64,000 nucleotides of DNA from Myxococcota bacterium (lineage in GTDB: Bacteria > Myxococcota_A > UBA9160 > UBA4427), in assembly GCA_036336835.1 (NCBI GenBank), contig JAYZFK010000046.1, positions 83,789 to 147,788 of the forward strand. Reading direction: 5' to 3'. Position 1 is the stretch's first letter, and each line of letters starts with the position of its first letter. The notes beneath the pieces are model-generated. The model was not told the DNA's origin. It searched no databases and saw only the letters and a program-made list of their open reading frames with translations. Shown here piece by piece: positions 60,966 through 64,000 of this stretch. The translations under genes and the position numbers were made by a program.

Positions 60966-61089
60966 CGGATTGGCGCTCAGCGCCCGGCGGAACTTTGCTG
61001 CCGGGGTCGAAACGCCTTACGGCCTTGTATCGTATCCCAGTTCGGTTACGCCCACACTGCAGCGGGTCCGCCCTTGCACCTTGGTAGAC
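60960..61089 (-). repeat. attC site, 130-bp family, R'' degenerate
   Basis: Minus strand GTCTACC ... GCTGAGCGCCAATCC-GTTGGAC. Confidence 0.8.
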
Positions 61090-61140
61090 GACGCACTCGG
61101 AAGACTGGCAACAGACTTGGAGGTAGGCGAGCGTTCCGGT

Positions 61141-61593
61141 ATGAAAGTGCGCCTGCTCCAAGATGAGGATCTTGAGGAGACCATTGCGGTCTGGCACCAG
61201 ACGCGGAAGGCAACTCACACCTCGATGAACATCGAGACAGAGCGAGGCCTGACACTCGAGGACAGCCAGCGGATCTTCCGGGAGAACATCGCCCCCCACT
61301 GCCAGCTCTGGGTCGCAGAGAGCCGTGACACGGTTGTCGGGTTTCTGGCGATTCGCAAATCGTACATCGATCGGATGTATGTCGAACCCAGCGACCAACG
61401 GCGCGGAGTAGGCACGGCCCTTCTAGAGAAGGCCCGGGAGCTTTCGCCTGCGGGCTTGGAACTTCATACGCACCAGGAGAACCGCCATGCACGAACCTTC
61501 TACGAGAAGCACGGATTCCGCGCGGTGCGGTTTGGGGTGAGTCCGCCGCCCGAGAACGAGCCCGACGTCGAATACCGATGGCGTCCGGCCTGA
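61141..61593 (+). CDS. GNAT acetyltransferase (inverted cassette gene)
   Basis: MYVEPSDQRRGVGTALL, N..AR.FYEKHGF, ENEPDVEY. Confidence 0.88.
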   Translation: MKVRLLQDEDLEETIAVWHQTRKATHTSMNIETERGLTLEDSQRIFRENIAPHCQLWVAESRDTVVGFLAIRKSYIDRMYVEPSDQRRGVGTALLEKARELSPAGLELHTHQENRHARTFYEKHGFRAVRFGVSPPPENEPDVEYRWRPA

Positions 61594-61605
61594 GTGGCCC
61601 GTGCC

Positions 61606-61733
61606 GCCCGACGGATTGGCGCTCAGCTGCCGGCGGTGCCTTGCTGCCGGCACCGGAATACCTCACCACTCCGGATTGTAGCTAGCTTCGTTACTGCGCT
61701 GCCCAGCCGGTCCGCTGCAGCGCCTGGTTAGGC
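61606..61733 (-). repeat. attC site, 130-bp family, R' has GTC instead of GTT
   Basis: Minus strand GCCTAAC-caggc-GCTGCAGC-GGACCGG ... GCTGAGCGCCAATCC-GTCGGGC. Confidence 0.85.
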
Positions 61734-62054
61734 GGGATCGTTCGTGCGTCGAAATTCCCGGCGCCTTCCGCGCCGTCGCCGATCGCGGGAACGAGACTCG
61801 AAGGTGGACAGACAGCTATCAATTTTCTCGAGCAGGCTCGCCTGTTGGGAGCTGGACGTTACGGCTAGACGAACAAAGTCCCCGGCTAGGCGAACGTCCG
61901 CAAATACGCCGCTCGGGTCGTCGTGAAAGTGAAGAAAAGCGCGAGACTTCAGGTAAAAGACTCCCGGGCGCATCTCGCGAAGCACAGGACGAGAACGCAA
62001 TTCCTCTAGCAGAGGTGATATGCGCGCGAGCGTGGCCGGGCCAGCATGCTTCAT
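61728..62054 (-). CDS. Hypothetical protein (cassette gene)
   Basis: 108 aa ORF filling the space between two attC sites; TAA lies within GCCTAAC. Confidence 0.75.
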   Translation of the reverse strand: MKHAGPATLARISPLLEELRSRPVLREMRPGVFYLKSRAFLHFHDDPSGVFADVRLAGDFVRLAVTSSSQQASLLEKIDSCLSTFESRSRDRRRRGRRREFRRTNDPA

Positions 62055-62061
62055 TGATGCC

Positions 62062-62191
62062 GCCTGGCTGATCTGCGCTCAGCGGCCGACGGCGGCTTGC
62101 TATCGGGGTCGCAATGCATTGTCACTTCGTATTGTATCTCGTTTCCGTTACGGCCACGCCCGAGCCGGTCCGCTGCAGCGCCTGGTTACGA
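62062..62191 (-). repeat. attC site, 130-bp family, R' has GCC instead of GTT
   Basis: Minus strand TCGTAAC-caggc-GCTGCAGC-GGACCGG ... CCGCTGAGCGCAGATCA-GCCAGGC. Confidence 0.85.
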
Positions 62192-62965
62192 GGCGTTCTC
62201 CGAAACGATGCGCTCCGATCGAAGGTACGGATAGAGAAGAGCCGCGGCGACTGCGTTCAGGACGTGCCAGACGGCGTGTCCCTGAATAGGGGAACTCGGG
62301 TCGCAGAGCGGCCCGCCGAGGTGGCTGCCCGACCAAATCGCCAGCGCCACAAGGTTGGTGGCGAGGGAGGCCCATAGGAACTTGCGCTGCCGCTGGACCT
62401 GCTGGCGGATCCCGAGCCTGCCGACTGGACGTCCTATGAGTGTCTCGGTAGCGAGCCACGCCAACAGCACGAGAACGAACAGCGGAACGCCGGCTGGACC
62501 GACCAGGAACCGCGGAGTGATTACGACCGCGATCGTAACCGAGTAGGCTGTCAGAAACCGCGACCGGCTCCATCCATAGAGCGATCGCAGGTTGTAGTAA
62601 AGGAGGTAGCAGACTTGCCCCAGCATCGAGAGAACATCGACCGCGCCGCCCCAATTGGTAAGAGATGCATGAAAGAGGGCCGCACCAACTCCCATGAACG
62701 CAACGGCGCCAGCGTACAGCCCCGGATAGAAACGATCGCGAAGATACGGCGCTGAGGTGTTCAAGCGGTCCCGCCCCGCCCGCCAGGCGACCCAGAGGGA
62801 GGCGATGGCGAAACCCAAGAGGGACCAGGTGTTCGCCGGCTGAGCTATCGGGCCGGGCCGCGGGGCCTCGCAGTAGCAGTCGCCTTGGAGAAGGCAATGG
62901 TTCGGTGCACCCGGCCAGTCCGCGAGCGCAAGAGCAATGCACAGCCCGGTTCCAAGCACGAGCAC
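62186..62965 (-). CDS. Alkaline-ceramidase-like (CREST superfamily) membrane hydrolase (cassette gene)
   Basis: YCE...QPANTWS, GAALFHAS, HAVWHVL; about 7 TM helices. Confidence 0.75.
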   Translation of the reverse strand: MLVLGTGLCIALALADWPGAPNHCLLQGDCYCEAPRPGPIAQPANTWSLLGFAIASLWVAWRAGRDRLNTSAPYLRDRFYPGLYAGAVAFMGVGAALFHASLTNWGGAVDVLSMLGQVCYLLYYNLRSLYGWSRSRFLTAYSVTIAVVITPRFLVGPAGVPLFVLVLLAWLATETLIGRPVGRLGIRQQVQRQRKFLWASLATNLVALAIWSGSHLGGPLCDPSSPIQGHAVWHVLNAVAAALLYPYLRSERIVSENAS

Positions 62966-63029
62966 AAGGGTGACTGTTCGAATCTCAGTGATAGGCTGGA
63001 TCGCTCCACCTCCGGGCAGCGTCGCGGCC

Positions 63030-63160
63030 GCCTAACGGACTGGGCACTCAGCGGCCGGCGGCGCCTTGCTGCCAGGGCCGATACGCCTCGTCACTTCGTA
63101 TTGTATCTCAGCTCCGTAACGGCTACGCCCTAGCCGGTCCGCTGCAGCGGCTGGTTAGGC
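63030..63160 (-). repeat. attC site, 130-bp family, intact
   Basis: Minus strand GCCTAAC-cagcc-GCTGCAGC-GGACCGG ... CCGGCCGCTGAGTGCCCAGTCC-GTTAGGC. Confidence 0.92.
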
Positions 63161-63176
63161 GGCGCCCCGCGAGTCG

Positions 63177-63983
63177 TTACCCGAGAATGGGAATACGGCG
63201 CTCCGCATAGAGTGCGGCCAACATCGTCTCCATGACACGCCGGACCGATTCAGCGTGTTCCTGGCCCTGGGCCTCGTCGATTACGGCGGGCAACTCGATT
63301 GGGTCGCCGACGTCCACGGTGATCCGGGCGGGAAGTGGGAAATAGGGTAGGAGACAGAGGGGTCCCACGACGACGAGCCAGGGCAGGCAGAGGATCACGG
63401 GAAACGTATGAATGCCGAGAACCGCGCGAAGTCGCAGACGCTCGGCGAGGCCCCTCCCCTGAACCAGGACAACGAATGTTTCATGGCTTCCCGCGGTTAC
63501 CACCGGGACAACGGGAACCCGAGCGCGTGCTGCCAAACGAGCGAACCCCGAGCGCCCTCCGAAGAAGACGCGATGGCGCTGTGAAAAAGGGCGCAGGGAG
63601 TCATAGTCGGCTCCTGGGTAGACTAGGACCTTTCCACCTGCTCGGAGCACTGCAAGAGCGTTCGTCGGATTAGCCTCCAGCACACCGAACCGCGCGAGTA
63701 GTCGGCGGAGCCAACCTATACGGACGAATATGCGGTGCGCCAGTGCATAGATCGGCTGCTCGGGCCCGAAGTGCGTGCAGAAACCCAGGAAGAAGATGAG
63801 GTCGCCGGGGCCCATCCCTCCGCCGTGATTCGCTACAAGAATCGCGGGGCCACGGGGAAGGCGGTCGAGGCCGCGGACCTCAGCTCGGAAATAGAAGAAG
63901 AGGAGGGGGCGCAGAGCTTGTACGAGTGCCCGGATGGCTCGCGGATCGCGAAGTCCGAGTTCTTCCATCGAGGTCTCGATCAC
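63177..63983 (-). CDS. Lysophospholipid acyltransferase (PlsC/DGAT-like, cassette gene)
   Basis: NHGG....D, VYPG, GFARLA...VPVVPV; RBS AAGGAG. Confidence 0.88.
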   Translation of the reverse strand: MIETSMEELGLRDPRAIRALVQALRPLLFFYFRAEVRGLDRLPRGPAILVANHGGGMGPGDLIFFLGFCTHFGPEQPIYALAHRIFVRIGWLRRLLARFGVLEANPTNALAVLRAGGKVLVYPGADYDSLRPFSQRHRVFFGGRSGFARLAARARVPVVPVVTAGSHETFVVLVQGRGLAERLRLRAVLGIHTFPVILCLPWLVVVGPLCLLPYFPLPARITVDVGDPIELPAVIDEAQGQEHAESVRRVMETMLAALYAERRIPILG

Positions 63984-64000
63984 TCCTTAGGGCGGAGGGC

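Larger units (their letters stand above)
57365..63983 (-). mobile_element. Integron-type gene-cassette array (seven attC-like sites); integrase not in window
   Basis: Short unrelated genes separated by imperfect palindromes with RYYYAAC-like and GTTRRRY-like ends; stop codons inside R'' boxes. Confidence 0.85.

Noticed and set aside
59761..63110. ACTTCGTAT in the attC loops resembles a loxP half-site
   Set aside because: Only 9 bp, present in three of five copies, with no inverted second arm and no Cre-like recombinase in the window
59698..63160. 130-bp repeats as a CRISPR array or REP/IS elements
   Set aside because: The repeats are too long and are separated by whole genes; no cas or transposase genes; the ends fit attC boxes

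Overview
High-GC bacterial chromosomal segment. The gene repertoire (DUF3604 paralogs, LLM and acyl-CoA enzymes, many lipoproteins) suggests a Myxococcota/deltaproteobacterial lineage, which is inference only. About 57 kb is ordinary metabolic, transport and envelope genes. The last 6.6 kb (57365-63983) is an integron-type gene-cassette array on the minus strand, with seven attC-like sites and no integrase inside the window. Five of the sites form a 128-131 bp family. Only the right-most site keeps both recombination cores (AAC/GTT). All five family members keep a TAnnnT -10-like hexamer at the same offset in their loop, which suggests recombination sites repurposed as cassette promoters. Other points of note: a ~400 nt hairpin-rich intergenic region (candidate ncRNA or leader), an orphan ZorA-like protein, a one-base frameshift fusing a DUF4136 lipoprotein to an AspT/YbjL transporter, and several apparently leaderless genes. 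All family assignments are from motif recognition by eye; no searches were run.
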